From: Neodothiora populina
Taxonomy: Eukaryota
NCBI RefSeq assembly: GCF_041146345.1
Contig: NW_027191406.1
Coordinates: 1,488,001 to 1,546,563, forward strand
Length of the DNA: 58,563 bases
Direction of reading: 5' to 3'
Of the stretch, positions 38,518 through 50,750 are shown in pieces. The translations under genes and the position numbers were made by a program. The notes under the pieces were generated by a model, which saw only the letters and a list, made by a program, of their open reading frames with translations, did no database searches and was not told the DNA's origin. Position 1 is the stretch's first letter. Each line of letters starts with the position of its first letter.

Positions 38518-40283
38518 GATCATGGACGTAGTAATAAGTTTGTTTAAAGGAATGTGACGGGCGATCTACCTGAGATTTTCTGAACGGTAGAACCACAGAA
38601 CATTTTCGACCGCGGATGCCTCTTATAGTTCTTGAGACAGAGGACATCGTACTCACTCCTGTCGCAATTACTAAGACCTCATTCTACTTGCGAAGCGATG
38701 ATCCCACGAAACCATGCTAGAGGAACAAATGCACGTAAATTATGGCTGTTTTCCGGCTTCAATCGAGGTGATTATGCCGCCGATCTTATGCGTGATCAAA
38801 AGGATCAGCTTCTGGAACCTGATATGATTGATTGACCCTTGTAGTATGACTCGGCGCAAAGCGCAGTTTGCAGCATTTCAGGGAGGGAAGGGCCCGGTAT
38901 CCACCATTCGGCAGTAGTCTCATCGTATATATATGCAACCCGGAAGTTGCCTTGAAGGCACCGTTGCTGCAGGTGTCTCTTGGAGGCTTGATTACCCTTC
39001 GGTGAGGAACCTAGGGTAGATCAGGGAAGTAGTCTAGATAAGCGGTCCAACCGGTGCGTGCGGTATGCTGTTTCACCGCACTTGACACATGACGCACCAG
39101 GAGCATTGGATGCATGATCGACCTCGCAGAACCGAATTTGATCTGCGCATCTATGCCTGCACAATTGCGCATCGACAATGATCTAATGCATGAGCCAAAA
39201 ATGCTACTTGCTAAGTCTTATGAAACCTAATTAATGTATTTTTGTAATCAAGCCCTCATAGTCACGGAGTGAAGTGCGTTCAGAGTGATTTTCGAACGAT
39301 TGGAGTGTTGAACAGTATACTAAGTGATTCTGATATATTATCGACACACCACCAAAGCAATACAGTATCCACAACATACCTAATTACCAGATATTTGTAT
39401 AGGATTTTGATGTACACTGCACTGAGGGTGATAAAATTCGTGAGCCTTACATCAGAGACTGGCTCGAGCTTTTCCTCACAAAAGCCCTTTACAAGCCGGC
39501 CACCACATCACGTGCTGCGCAAGTGTGTTGTGAAGCGCGGGATACACAAAATAGAATCTGGCTAACTCCGCCATTGAGCGTCACATGAGGCGCGGAGACG
39601 GACCCGAGACTTTGACGTTAAAAGATGCTCAGGCAAAGGTCAAAATCATGGGGATAGACATCAACTTCGATCTTGCTATAATCACGATGACGAGCAATGT
39701 ACATTATTATTCAGAGATCTATTTCCACTGGTATTGCGATCCGATGTAACGAATGGGCGACACAAGCATTCAAAAATGTCAGTGATCCTCGAGGTCTGTC
39801 ACGGTTTGGTTGTTGTGTTCACGGACCACAAACCCACGGCCAAGTAGCTCCGTACTGAAGCTTCATACACAGCGTGACCCAGCGCCCTCAATCACCGATG
39901 AATCCATTGAAGTTTCTGGCTCAGTTCAAGATTACAGGATCCGATTCTGCTTGCGATGACAAATGTGGCCAGAGAAGAGTGGCTGTATACTCTGTGCCTC
40001 TTCACCTGAACACATGTTGACAACATGCTTGCTGACATAAGGTACCTACTTGTCTGTCACGTGTCGAATGCTCCGAAGGCAACCACGTTCAAGTGCATCC
40101 TACGCCCCACCAGATGCACATCATTGGTGGGAAGAATCGGTGCGGCTGTACATCCACCCGGTGCACATAATCAACTTGCATTCTCTATATTTGAGAAAGT
40201 CTCAAGTCGATATGACTTTATGAGGTACAGTCTATGTACACAGGGTAGGCACAGTGCGACAAGAACAACACCAGAATCTTGAC

Positions 40284-41495
40284 ATGATCACACCGGGCCC
40301 AAGATATCAACGACTACCCATGAACATGGACGACGACATCCAGTGGGCGGAACCCACTGGATCCAAGCTATCGAGATTTTTACAGAGGGCCTCATCGCTA
40401 CCGTGTCGAACCTGTTCTCCATCTAATTGGATCAAAATAACAGCAGTCCTTCTAACCGTAACGTGAGCGTGTTGCCGTTGTTGGTATCAATATCCTTGCC
40501 ACTGACTCTGCGCTCACCTTAGATGCGTCTTCGAAACTTATTGGATTGTTCATTTGCATGATATACAAACTCGAGTTCCCAACGATCCATATGACAATAT
40601 ATTCACCTCGGGCGGCGGTCGCAGAGCACTTGACATCTGGGATGGTAATCATCAGGAATTTATTCACAACGCGATCCCAGTCCCAGTCCATTCGCATAAC
40701 GACTATTGGCGTCAAATTCCTCTGTTCGAGGCCTTAGCCTCAGGTTGCATCAGCGTCGAAGCTGACGTGCATCTGCACGATTCAGATCTCCTCGTTGGTC
40801 ACAACGCGATTAGTCTTCGTTCTAGCTCGACACTTCGCTCTTTGTATCTAGAGCCTCTGCAGCGTATGCTGGAGTCGCAGAACCCTAATGGAACAGATGA
40901 CTTGTGGCGGGGCATCTTCAATCGCGCCCCTCAGCAGACAGTCGTCCTGCTTGTCGATCTCAAAACTGCGGGTGTGGCAACGTTCGCCGAACTAAGCGAC
41001 GAGCTGCAGCCGTTGCGTGACTTGAATTATCTTACTTATTGGGACGGCTTGAAGAAGGTGTATCGCCCTCTCACAGTCGTAGCAACTGGTTATGCTGAGT
41101 TTACCTGGATCACCGCCTTGAACGCGGCACATAGAGACATCTTCTGGGACGCTAGGCTAGATCGCCTAGCGGCTCCAGAAGATACTTACCTTCCGGATTC
41201 GACGGATTATAAATATAATAACTCGAACTCGCACTACGCATCCACAAGGTTTTCGAACGGCTTATTTGGCACCCCTGGGTATGGTAATGCAGCATCAAGG
41301 GACGCAAAGATGACGCAGATAGAACAGGCAAAAGCCAGGGGCCTAGTAGCCAGATATTGGGATACACCTTCACAGCCTCCAAATCTTAGAGAAATCGTAT
41401 GGAGAGTGTTGATTCAACACGGCGTGGGCATCATGAATATGGATGATATGGGTGCCGTGAGAGACAGGGCGAGGGGTTGGGGCAAGATTTATTGA
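40284..41495 (+). CDS. AIM6-like PLC-like phosphodiesterase-fold protein with N-terminal membrane anchor; intron 40463-40522
   Basis: IPVPVHSHNDYWR..PLFEAL..GCISVEADV, LLVGH, LRSLYLEPL, LLVDLKT and ARYWDTP. The GTGAGC..TAG intron joins the exons in frame. Confidence 0.85.
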
Positions 41496-41980
41496 CGACC
41501 AAACGAATAATTCATATTGTGTTAGACTACTGTTATGAAGAGGGAAGCTCGCCTATATGTGGACATACGTGTCCCCGTGAATAAACCAGACGGTGTTCTT
41601 GAACATACTACGTGCACTATGTGCACCGTCCAAGCTCGGAAATCACTGGTCAATTGCCTATCAGTGTGTTCTGATGCTTTGATAGTCCAAAGATCCCGAA
41701 GAGGGATCTTTGCTTCCGTAGGTTCGTATTTCGATAGACTCGTAAAGTACATCAATCTGTCTGTCGAAACAGAATACAAGTATAAAACTCCACACACCAC
41801 TGTTTTCCAATGCAAGCAGATGCTTCTAGAGTTGTTATATATGTAATGAAATAGCTGCACCAGAGCAGAACGCTCACTACGTGTCGCATCTTCGTGTTGG
41901 ACTCAAGAAGGAGTTTTCATTACTCACCATAGCTTTGTGGACGTATATGCCCTAGGTGCCTACATCACTCCCTTGACAGC

Positions 41981-43295
41981 TCAGAGCAGATAACCCGAAG
42001 CATCGTCAGAGGAGTACTCATAGTCGTCATCATTCTCCGAAATGAGTGTTATGGTCGTCAGGAAACTGTTGTATGAAAGTGTGCTCGAGTTGGTAAAGCC
42101 AAGCTGACTGTCAAGATCAGAGTCGAAACGGGAGCCGAGGCATGCAGTCGGAAGCCCATGAACATCATCTACTGGAGGTACACAGGCGGCACTTCCCGTG
42201 GTGGAAGATGGTTGAGCAAAGCCACTACCAGTGGCTGTAGGGATGTCATCGTCGCCGCCGCCGCCGTCAGAATAGAATGCAGTTGCGGTAGGAGTCGGTT
42301 GTGCATCATCACCACCTCCTCCAGAGAAGTATGCAATTGAGGTAGGTGTTGGCGATATGTCGTTGCCGTTGCTGATGCTCGAATTGGACGGACTAGAACC
42401 GTCATCGCCACCGCCAGAGTAGCTCAGGGTGGAGTTGCTGGCACTTCCGGTGGATACAACATTTGGCGATCCTGCGTTCATGTCGCTGCGGCTGTGGAAG
42501 CCTCAGACAACATTCACGTCATGGATAACATCTTGTAATGGTAGAGCTTGGCCAAGGACAACAGCCATATGATCTTCGTCAGAAACTACAATTTGACTGA
42601 CGGAAGGGTAACATCTTTCGCCAACGTCGTGACCACCACAGCCAGCGGTGTAGGTAACGAAAACGATATCGTCGTCTGTGGCCCATTGTTCGCTTACTAT
42701 GATCGAAAGCATCTGCGTTCGAGAACTTAAGCCCCAAAACGCATTCACTAAAAGCATAGACGGAAACATTCGTAGTGGTCCAGGACGACCGAAGAGTTCT
42801 TGAAATTTGGAGTCACGACAGCAAACACAGAGCCTTCCAAATCTGGAGTCCACTTTGGTAGACATCCGTCAATGTAGCTCGCTTCGTCTTGTCTTGGACA
42901 TAGTGCATGACTGCTCCAGACCCTGGTTGCATAGGTGTTCGATGCTGGACATTCCCAGTATCGTGTCCCCCAGCAAAAGTAGGCACGAGAGTCGGGATGG
43001 CACCAAGACGAGACGAAGGGAAGACATAAGTCTGCGACGACTGAGGATACTGGGTGAGTACAAGGTCGGCCATAACAGTAGTAGTGCTGGCTTCGCTCAT
43101 GGCAAATGATCTAACCTCTGCATCGTTTCCACTTGATGGGACACGCAGGGTAGCATTAGCTAGAGTAGCATTCGTACCACCGAGTATGGTAGAGCTGTAG
43201 GTTACAGACAGGGGCAGCTGTATCGTTCTGCTTTCCCAAGTTGGAAGTGCAAGAGCTGGACTCACTCCAAGCAGCGGGATAGCCCACCATTTCAT
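41981..43295 (-). pseudogene. Disrupted secreted protein (DUF7029-like fungal domain followed by Gly/Asp/Thr-rich repeats)
   Basis: Signal peptide. Protein-like blocks (PNFKNSSVVLDH / LKFSNADAF / W..DDDIVFVTYTAGCG...ERC) lie in three different frames. An in-frame TGA at 42503-42505 falls where a WG motif is expected, between two same-frame ORFs. Family call from memory. Confidence 0.55.
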
Positions 43296-43682
43296 GTTGA
43301 GAAGAAGGGTGTTGTAACGAAAGTATAAAAGGAATCTTATAAAAAAGAACGGACAGTCCTGATGGACAAGTTATAAAGGACAGAACGAAAGGAAGTCCGC
43401 GAGGTGTGGCGTACACTGTTGTCATTGATGCATTGAGATTGAGACCTACTGCTGAACATATATATTATGCTCACAACAATCCTTTCGTCTGGATATTCAA
43501 TTTCTCGAATCTCGGTGAAGCCGAGTCCTACGAGATGTATCCCACAAGCGTAAGGTGGCACATCGAGGAAGTCGATACTGGTCGTCAACGTCTCTATCAT
43601 TTCCACATGGGATGGGCTAGCTGAAAGACCTCGTTGACATACTGAGGTTCTAGTCTAGTAAGCATTCGTAGGACTAGAACCA

Positions 43683-44372
43683 TTAAGCATACAGCCGCTT
43701 CTTGACTAAGATGCGGATTGGGTCACGCATGAACTTGGTAGTGACGTCCAGCACGTCCTGAGGCATGATGGCGGACAAGAAAACGACCTGGGTGCTCTGA
43801 GGGAGCAGCTCGAAGATGTCGTAGACGTGCTTTGTAAGACCGCGAGACAACATCTCGTCGGCTTCGTCGAGCACGAACATCTTTATACTATCGATACGGA
43901 GAACACGGCGCTGAATCATATCATAAACACGGCCAGGAGTGCCGACGACTAACTGTGGCCTGTCCTGAAGAGCCTTTATATCATCTCTTGCGGGAGTACC
44001 ACCAAAGCAGGCGTAGCACTTAATGTTTGTAAAGTCACCGATAGTAATAACGACCTTCTGAATCTGCTGTACAGGCTCACGGCTTGGGGCAAGGATTATG
44101 GCCTGGCATGCCTTAAAATTGGGGTCGATCTTCTGGAGGACGGATGGAGAAGGCAGCGGTCTTACCGGTACTAGACTGCGCCTGCGCAATAACGTCATTG
44201 CCTTTCGAGATTATGAGCTCGAGTCTAGCATAATTTTGCGACTTTTCGAAAGTTGGTACTCACCCTTGATAACCGGCATGATAGTACGCTGCTGGAAAGC
44301 AGACGGACGCTCGAGACCATGCGCGTAAACTCCACGGAGAAGCTCGGTCTTGAGGTTCATGGCATCGAAGGA
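43683..44372 (-). pseudogene. Truncated, frameshifted copy of the eIF4A N-terminal DEAD domain; intron 44202-44263
   Basis: [46 protein letters not shown], frameshift near 44142, [31 protein letters not shown] (for SAT), then [13 protein letters not shown] and a stop. No C-terminal helicase domain. Confidence 0.9.
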
Positions 44373-45637
44373 CGAGAATGATCTATGCCCCTCTGCCTTC
44401 TTTAGGGTCAAGCGCCTATGTACCGCAGATGCCAACCACCTCATCGAGTCCGAGCGCCAACCGCCAAGTCCGGACTCGGAGCGGCGTCTTCCTTAGGCAG
44501 CATTCCTTATTTTACCACCTTACATGTACTTTCTTCGGATACCTAGTAGGTACGATTTTACGTCTTACCTCGACTGCATATATCGCTTGACCCTCAAGCG
44601 CATGCGGCCATCGTCTACTAATCTTGCAAATATTGCATCATGTTGTTCAACGCCGGACTCTGGACAGTAACATCAACATGACATTACCCACGACTCATGG
44701 CTTCTGGAAGAAGTTTGCGTTCAATACTACGTGATATGATTGCCATCAGAGAAGTACTTTCTCTTATTTTCAGAATATCAAGATGAGGTCGTATGTGGAC
44801 TTGGAGTTCGCCAAATATGAACGCCTGAAAAACACCAGTATTCCGACATCAGATGTCAGCCTGATCAACTGGATTACGGAGAGGCTCATATATACATTCT
44901 TCGTAGATCTAATCAGGCTCATCTTATTTTAGTAATGTACTTTTGAGGATACTGATACTTTTGCGATTATTACAAACCATTGGGATAGCGTCCTGGCCAT
45001 CGATCGGAGTAGAAATTCTTGCTCATTCACAATCCGATGCAGTGACTCATTACTTGATTGTAGAAACCACCCGAGAGACTAGCACGACAGCCTAGCTTAG
45101 TCGGCTTTCTTGAGCTGTAGTGACTGCTATAGAGATCTCCTCACAATGCGTATAGAACATATAACAAAGCAGAACTGAGCTAACAACATGATATCAATAT
45201 GAAAGTTGTAGCCCCAAATTACGAAGACCATCGAACAGTCTAAGAGAGTGACAGCTACGAGGAGCATAGAGATGTTGTTCCTACAGCCGTATGCGTTGTC
45301 ATTCATTTCCGACGTCGAGACTTGAGCTATGGACCCTGATCATGCAGGAGGGGACAGAAAGCTAGCACTCTCTGGTCCGATGTGTCCTGACCAGATATAT
45401 AGTTCCATCCAGGCTATATCGTTTGCCATGCTTCATATGTAGATCATGACGGTCGGCTCAACCTAAGATATATCTAGCATAATTTGTCATATCGCCTGTC
45501 GCATCGCCTGAGCTGCCTCAAACGTCAGATCAACAACTCACCACTCATAGATCGCAACTAGTCTGGGAGAGATAAAGCCTACGTCTCTAGATCATCGACT
45601 GCTTACTTCATAGCAGTGGACAATTCCCAGAGAGGCT

Positions 45638-46096
45638 ATGTCGTACCGAGTCTACCGAGTTGAGCATAACATTGCTATACCAGATCCAGATATGCCAATG
45701 CCAAGATACCACAATGTTATCTTCGTAGAAACAAATTCAGACGGTTCTGGACTTGTTCATCACGTGATTGGAGATATCGTCACTGGTATGGCTTATAGTA
45801 CGAGACTTGAACAGAAACCAGAGAGTTCAGACACGTTCCACTGCAAATACTTCCTTGGGACTGTCAAAAAGGAGAAGTACCCTGGAATTATGGATCAAGT
45901 ACTCCGCGCTCTATCCACACCGCCGCCACAGAAGAACTTCAACCCCAAATCGATGAGAACAGAACAAATGAAGCCAGATGGATCTTTCTATGTCGCAGGG
46001 GAGGCCAAGCCAAGGATGATCAAATGTACAGAATGGACGAAGGAGCAAGCAATACCTGCCCTATATCAAGGTCATGTCGTTGAGAATTATCATTGA
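45638..46096 (+). CDS. Conserved small fungal protein (DUF6540-like; His...Cys motif)
   Basis: Clean 152-aa ORF with YRVY, RYHNVIFVET..DGSG..HHVIGDI..GM.Y and KCTEWT..AIPAL, a pattern I recognise from fungal hypothetical proteins. The DUF number is from memory. Confidence 0.7.
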   Translation: MSYRVYRVEHNIAIPDPDMPMPRYHNVIFVETNSDGSGLVHHVIGDIVTGMAYSTRLEQKPESSDTFHCKYFLGTVKKEKYPGIMDQVLRALSTPPPQKNFNPKSMRTEQMKPDGSFYVAGEAKPRMIKCTEWTKEQAIPALYQGHVVENYH

Positions 46097-46619
46097 GATG
46101 GCAAAGTCGCGACAGAGAAGTGACTTTCAGCGTCGCATCAGAGGAATCAGCAACACTTGCTTACAAGCCAGGTGCACGCGATGACTAAGTGAAGGATACG
46201 GAACCGCTCCGTTTGCCATGCCCATTGTGCATTTCTTCCGCTTTAGCTCCCACTCATGTAAATCTGTTCAAGTGTCACTCCTGCTTTGCGGATTCGTCAG
46301 ATGATGCTTTTGGTATAAGTCAGACCATAACGATAGTGAACTAAATGCGATCTGCTTCACTTTAACTAAGTCTTATTACACCTGATGTTCTTATTGCGCC
46401 TAATGTTCTTTTATCTAGGTCAAAGTCACAAATCTTGATATATCCGCCGCATCATTGCTGCTTCTGCTGGCCATACGCCAATGACTTGGCTTGCATGATC
46501 AAGCCAATTGCTACTCCGTAGAGATGCAATGGAGACAGAAAGATATCCCAATAGCACAGGTACCATCCTGTACTCTCACAGTCTAAGATTTAAATCATGT
46601 ATCCCTTGTTGCGAGATAT

Positions 46620-47500
46620 TCAATCTTTGTCGTAAGCGATGGCTCTATCTCCTGCCCTTATTATCTTCTGATCTCTCTCTTTATTGTCAAGCAAGATCTC
46701 GATATCCTGTGTTTCTCTGCGAGGTCTTTAAGATCAAGCGGTGATACTATGTATCATACCCGCTGCCTCGATCATGTATTTGGAGAAGCCCCAATGTCCA
46801 CTTTCTACTACAATACAGCGTTGTAGTAACACGGGCACAACAAGATTTTCGACCATCCGAAACTGGAAACTTGTAGCAACTTACAAGCTTTGAGGAAACC
46901 CCCGACTGATTGGCGTTGAACAAGATCGCAGGCATCATCGCACTTCTCAAGCCTGATTGTCTTTTTCTTCCTCTGTGCCGCGAAGCTCTTGATCTACTTC
47001 CTCGTTTACAACTATCTTCTCCCAATCTTTTTCAGCGGCATCATCGCCAAAATAGCTCCAGGCGATGTGGGATCCGAGAAGCAGATTTTCATTCGTCGTC
47101 CTCGAGAAATCGCTCGAAGAGAGATTTTGCTTTATGGCTATACGGCTATCATCTGGGTGTGGGCGATTTTCATCTATCTGGATGGCGCAAATGCGGCATT
47201 AGGTCAATTCTTTGTCACCATTGAGTTAGATGAACCTATAGACTGGCCACCATCGTTTGGCAGTCCTGTAGAAGCCACTAACTTACGAAAGTTTTGAATT
47301 TCGTTTTGGTATGACCTAGCAACACAGCCGCACAAGAGCTTCAGTCGTCTGCTAGCACAGAAGTGTCTTAGGCTAAGGTCTGCATCTGTCCCTTTAACAG
47401 CTGTAGAGGCGTATATTGCATTCAGCCTGTCTGGTATCACCCATGGAATTGTTATGTGGCACAGTCATATTTCTGATTGGCCACTAGAAAGTCGTCACGA
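46620..47500 (+). pseudogene. MBOAT/wax-synthase-like (TRI7-type) O-acyltransferase pseudogene; boundaries approximate
   Basis: DWPPSFGSPVEATNLRKF*ISFW..L...P (canonical pattern DWPP.FGS..EA..LR.FW..FWH) with TGA at 47295-47297, then AFSLSGITH. Further stops and frameshifts upstream. Confidence 0.75.
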
Positions 47501-48777
47501 CTGGGCTGGAGCTTAAGACCACTGACAGCGTCTTTAATGCTCACTTGTGTTGTAAAGACTTCCTTCGGATACTAGACTTTGAGGTAAGTCTGACAATAAG
47601 GGACGACGCTCTACTCTGCTTCGCTGGCAAGCCAATGATCTGCACGCTGTTAAGGGTAGATGACAGACTTATAATAGTAAGGAGTAGCACAAGTCCGCCC
47701 TTAGAATTTGTGAAGGGCATAGACTGTGAGGCTGACACTCCGCGCAATGAGAATCCAACCTCCGTGCTGCCCAGCCACGCCACCCGTACCGAGCAGCGCA
47801 ACTCAGCCTTACAGTCTATGCCTGCTATGCAAACATTACGGCCTGCATTATTCTTTGCCAATACCTTGTGACTTATGTAGCTCTAGTGTTCCCTCCCGCG
47901 AAAGTTAGTGTTGAGGTGAAAGAGTGATTATACCCAGGTACGGTTGGGTCCTGATAGCTGCGTTCACGTCCTCGGAGATCTGTAGTATTGATCACTCCCT
48001 TCGGCAGGTACAGTAGGGGTGACACAAGCCATAACATATAGTTATGCAAAAGCAAGGAAAGCAGACAGGGTGTCAGGGATTGCGAACAGACTATATCCGT
48101 CAAACTGACGGGCCATATAACTCCAAGGAATCGATGAAGCCACAGTATGTATCAGCTGCAATCTGAGTTAAACAAGTTTAGCTGACTGTCGTGGAAGCAG
48201 TAAGGGCTGGGTGGATAATGTGATTAGTGACAAGGGTTCCATAGGACGACATATAAGCTGGTCGAGTAGCTTTGGTAGTAAATAGCGTTACAAGCACAAA
48301 GTACAGGAAATGTGATTAATGATTGTAGCGTTAGTATTGGTGACCAGTGAGCTAGTGGTACCCATAGCTGAAGAGGAGAGGACGAAGTAGATCAAGCAAC
48401 GCTGATAGTAGTAAGAAGACGCTAATGGTTGTAGACACTATAGTATCTAATAGCGAAGCTCTGTCGGGACGTCCGGCCGCAGAAATGGAGCAAGCCGCCT
48501 GGATAGACCGATTAAGATGCTAAGGCGCTGGTCCGCTATTGAAACTCGTGTTATAATTCGCCACGATATGCTGCATAGATTCGATATCCCTTTTTGAGTC
48601 TTGCAGCGACGTTAGTACAGCGCGCTCCTTCCATGTCACAACATCAACATATTCAGGTGTCTGTTCTGGACTCGGGTGGATTTAGTGAGTAGAATATTGT
48701 CTCATCAAGTCTCAATCTATGCTCAGAACATAGCATAATATATACTTAATACGTGTGTGCTGAAGCTAAGTCAGAGC

Positions 48778-49562
48778 CTAAGACCTGCGAGCCAAGGCGG
48801 TGCAGCTGAAACGAAGCTCCTCTCCTTCTTCCTCCTCGTTCAATTTAATGATCCTCTTGATGCCCATGTCAAGCGCTCGCGGACTGAGAACATCCTCATT
48901 GTCAGCAAGACTTCCTCTATCCAGTGGACCCATCCTCGATCCCTCAAGCTCCCAGAGCTTCCCACCGCTCTTAACAAAACAAACGAAATGCCCACCCTCA
49001 CGCTCACCGGTTAGATCCGCATAGCTGTCGCCAGCCCGCTCGACCGACTTGTGAGCAAGTTCGAACGGCTCGCTGTTGTACAGCATTCCAGCGCGTTCGG
49101 TCACATTTAGTGGTATGGCGAGGCTTCGTATCGCTGCAAGGTCGGAATCACGCTTGGTAAAGTCGACAGCCGGACCGTTGATTACACTGTGGAGCATACC
49201 GATCGAGCCGCAGGCGTGGCCGATGGTCTGCTTGAACCAGATGACTGGCTCGTCAGGGCCGGAGCCCGTGTAGGGTTGTTTGCCAGCGTCTTCAGCCTTG
49301 CGACTCTGATCCCAAGCTGATGTAAGTGGCACAATGACTAATAGTGCTAAGACAGGTCGTGAGATTTCTGCAAGTAGTTCGGGTTCATCGAGGGAATAAA
49401 CATCGTAAAACTGGAGCTCAGATGATAGTCCCAACTTTGCTGCTAGATGGTTCATTACATCGGGATTGTTCTCTGCCATTTGCGATGAGTTACAACTTCA
49501 CAACAACTAGCTCATGATGGATTCGATTTCTTACCAAGCATTATCCATCTCTTCTGCTCCAT
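48778..49562 (-). CDS. Ubiquitin C-terminal hydrolase (peptidase C12, UCH-L/YUH1-like paralog); intron 49473-49534
   Basis: MEQKRWIML|ENNPDVMN, FYDVYSLD, WFKQTIGHACGSIGMLH (oxyanion Gln and catalytic Cys), GGHFVCFVK (His) and LWELEGSRMGP. Confidence 0.9.
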
Positions 49563-50750
49563 TTTTAGGGTCAATAGATGGGGATGTGGCAAGATCAGGA
49601 ATGTTGGCAGATACGTGATAGTACAGCAGCTGACTTGTAGAGTCATCACCAAGCAAGACGCTTCTATTTAGAATGGAGTCGCTCAACTTACCTTGAGGTG
49701 TGGTCTTATTGTGCCTTGCTAAGGATCTAAAATGTGCTGCTGCAAGTTGCATAGATAACAGCGTGTGCGCGGGGTAACAGAGAAGGGCCTAACACTACGT
49801 AATTAACACGTTACTCCGAGGCATCTTTATCGCACCTCGCTCAGGGCATCCTAAGTACAACAACGCATGCGCTAATCCTGACACATGGGCTCGCACGGAG
49901 TTTCTTCGCAAGCAATAGGGTCTCCACGCTACGAAGAATCACGGGCCATTCAAGTTCCGCTTGCTTCCTTATAGCTAGCAATCCCCCTGTAGCGCAGCTT
50001 GAATGGTCTTCGAGGTCGTCGGATGACTATATCTTGACACGGAGGCTGCACCACAGATGCCCCTACCCAACGTTGACAATGACCATGAGAAAGAGTCGCT
50101 AGGTTCATGTTGGCTTGTTACGAAACGGCTCCCTCACAATCACTACCAGCGGCTGCCATTACTCTTTGTGCTTTGACGCCTAACTTTGTCTTCATTATGA
50201 CCACGACGCCATAATGATCATGACTGTGTCCGTGTAGCCTACACCATCCTGGATGATCTAGAACATTGGATTTTGGTGCTGTAAATGGAGTGAAAATACA
50301 TCTGCAATAAAATCTACTACCAGTGTTGCCGCAATATATGAAACCCTCACTGTCTCTGATCATTTCGAAGCTTCTCTCATCTCGCATCAGGGAAATTGAT
50401 CGAGGATCGCCGGCTAGCTACGTCCTCAAAAGTGGAGACAGTCAAAATCATGACCGTCTCGGACGTTGAGGACGAAGTTTTGTGGTCATACTTTACTAGA
50501 CAGAGCTTGGACTACAACATACATTGGCCATGGCTTAGAATATTAATTCAAACCTTGGCTAATGTGTTTTGAGGACTCAACATGAGCACTTCTATCTTTT
50601 TTCTATATCGGATTGCGACTCGATGAACATGGACAACGTCGACACGTAGTGGTGAGAGGATGGTGATTGGCGACACCATTTAGATACAAAAAGTGGAGCC
50701 ACAGTAATTGTTACGATTAAGGTAAGACCGTCCAAGGAAGTAGACTACTT

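Noticed and set aside
44650..45350. Possible phosphotransferase (APH-like) relic (LEFAKYERLKNTSIPT; NP…KPP)
   Set aside because: Matches are too short and stop-ridden to distinguish from chance.
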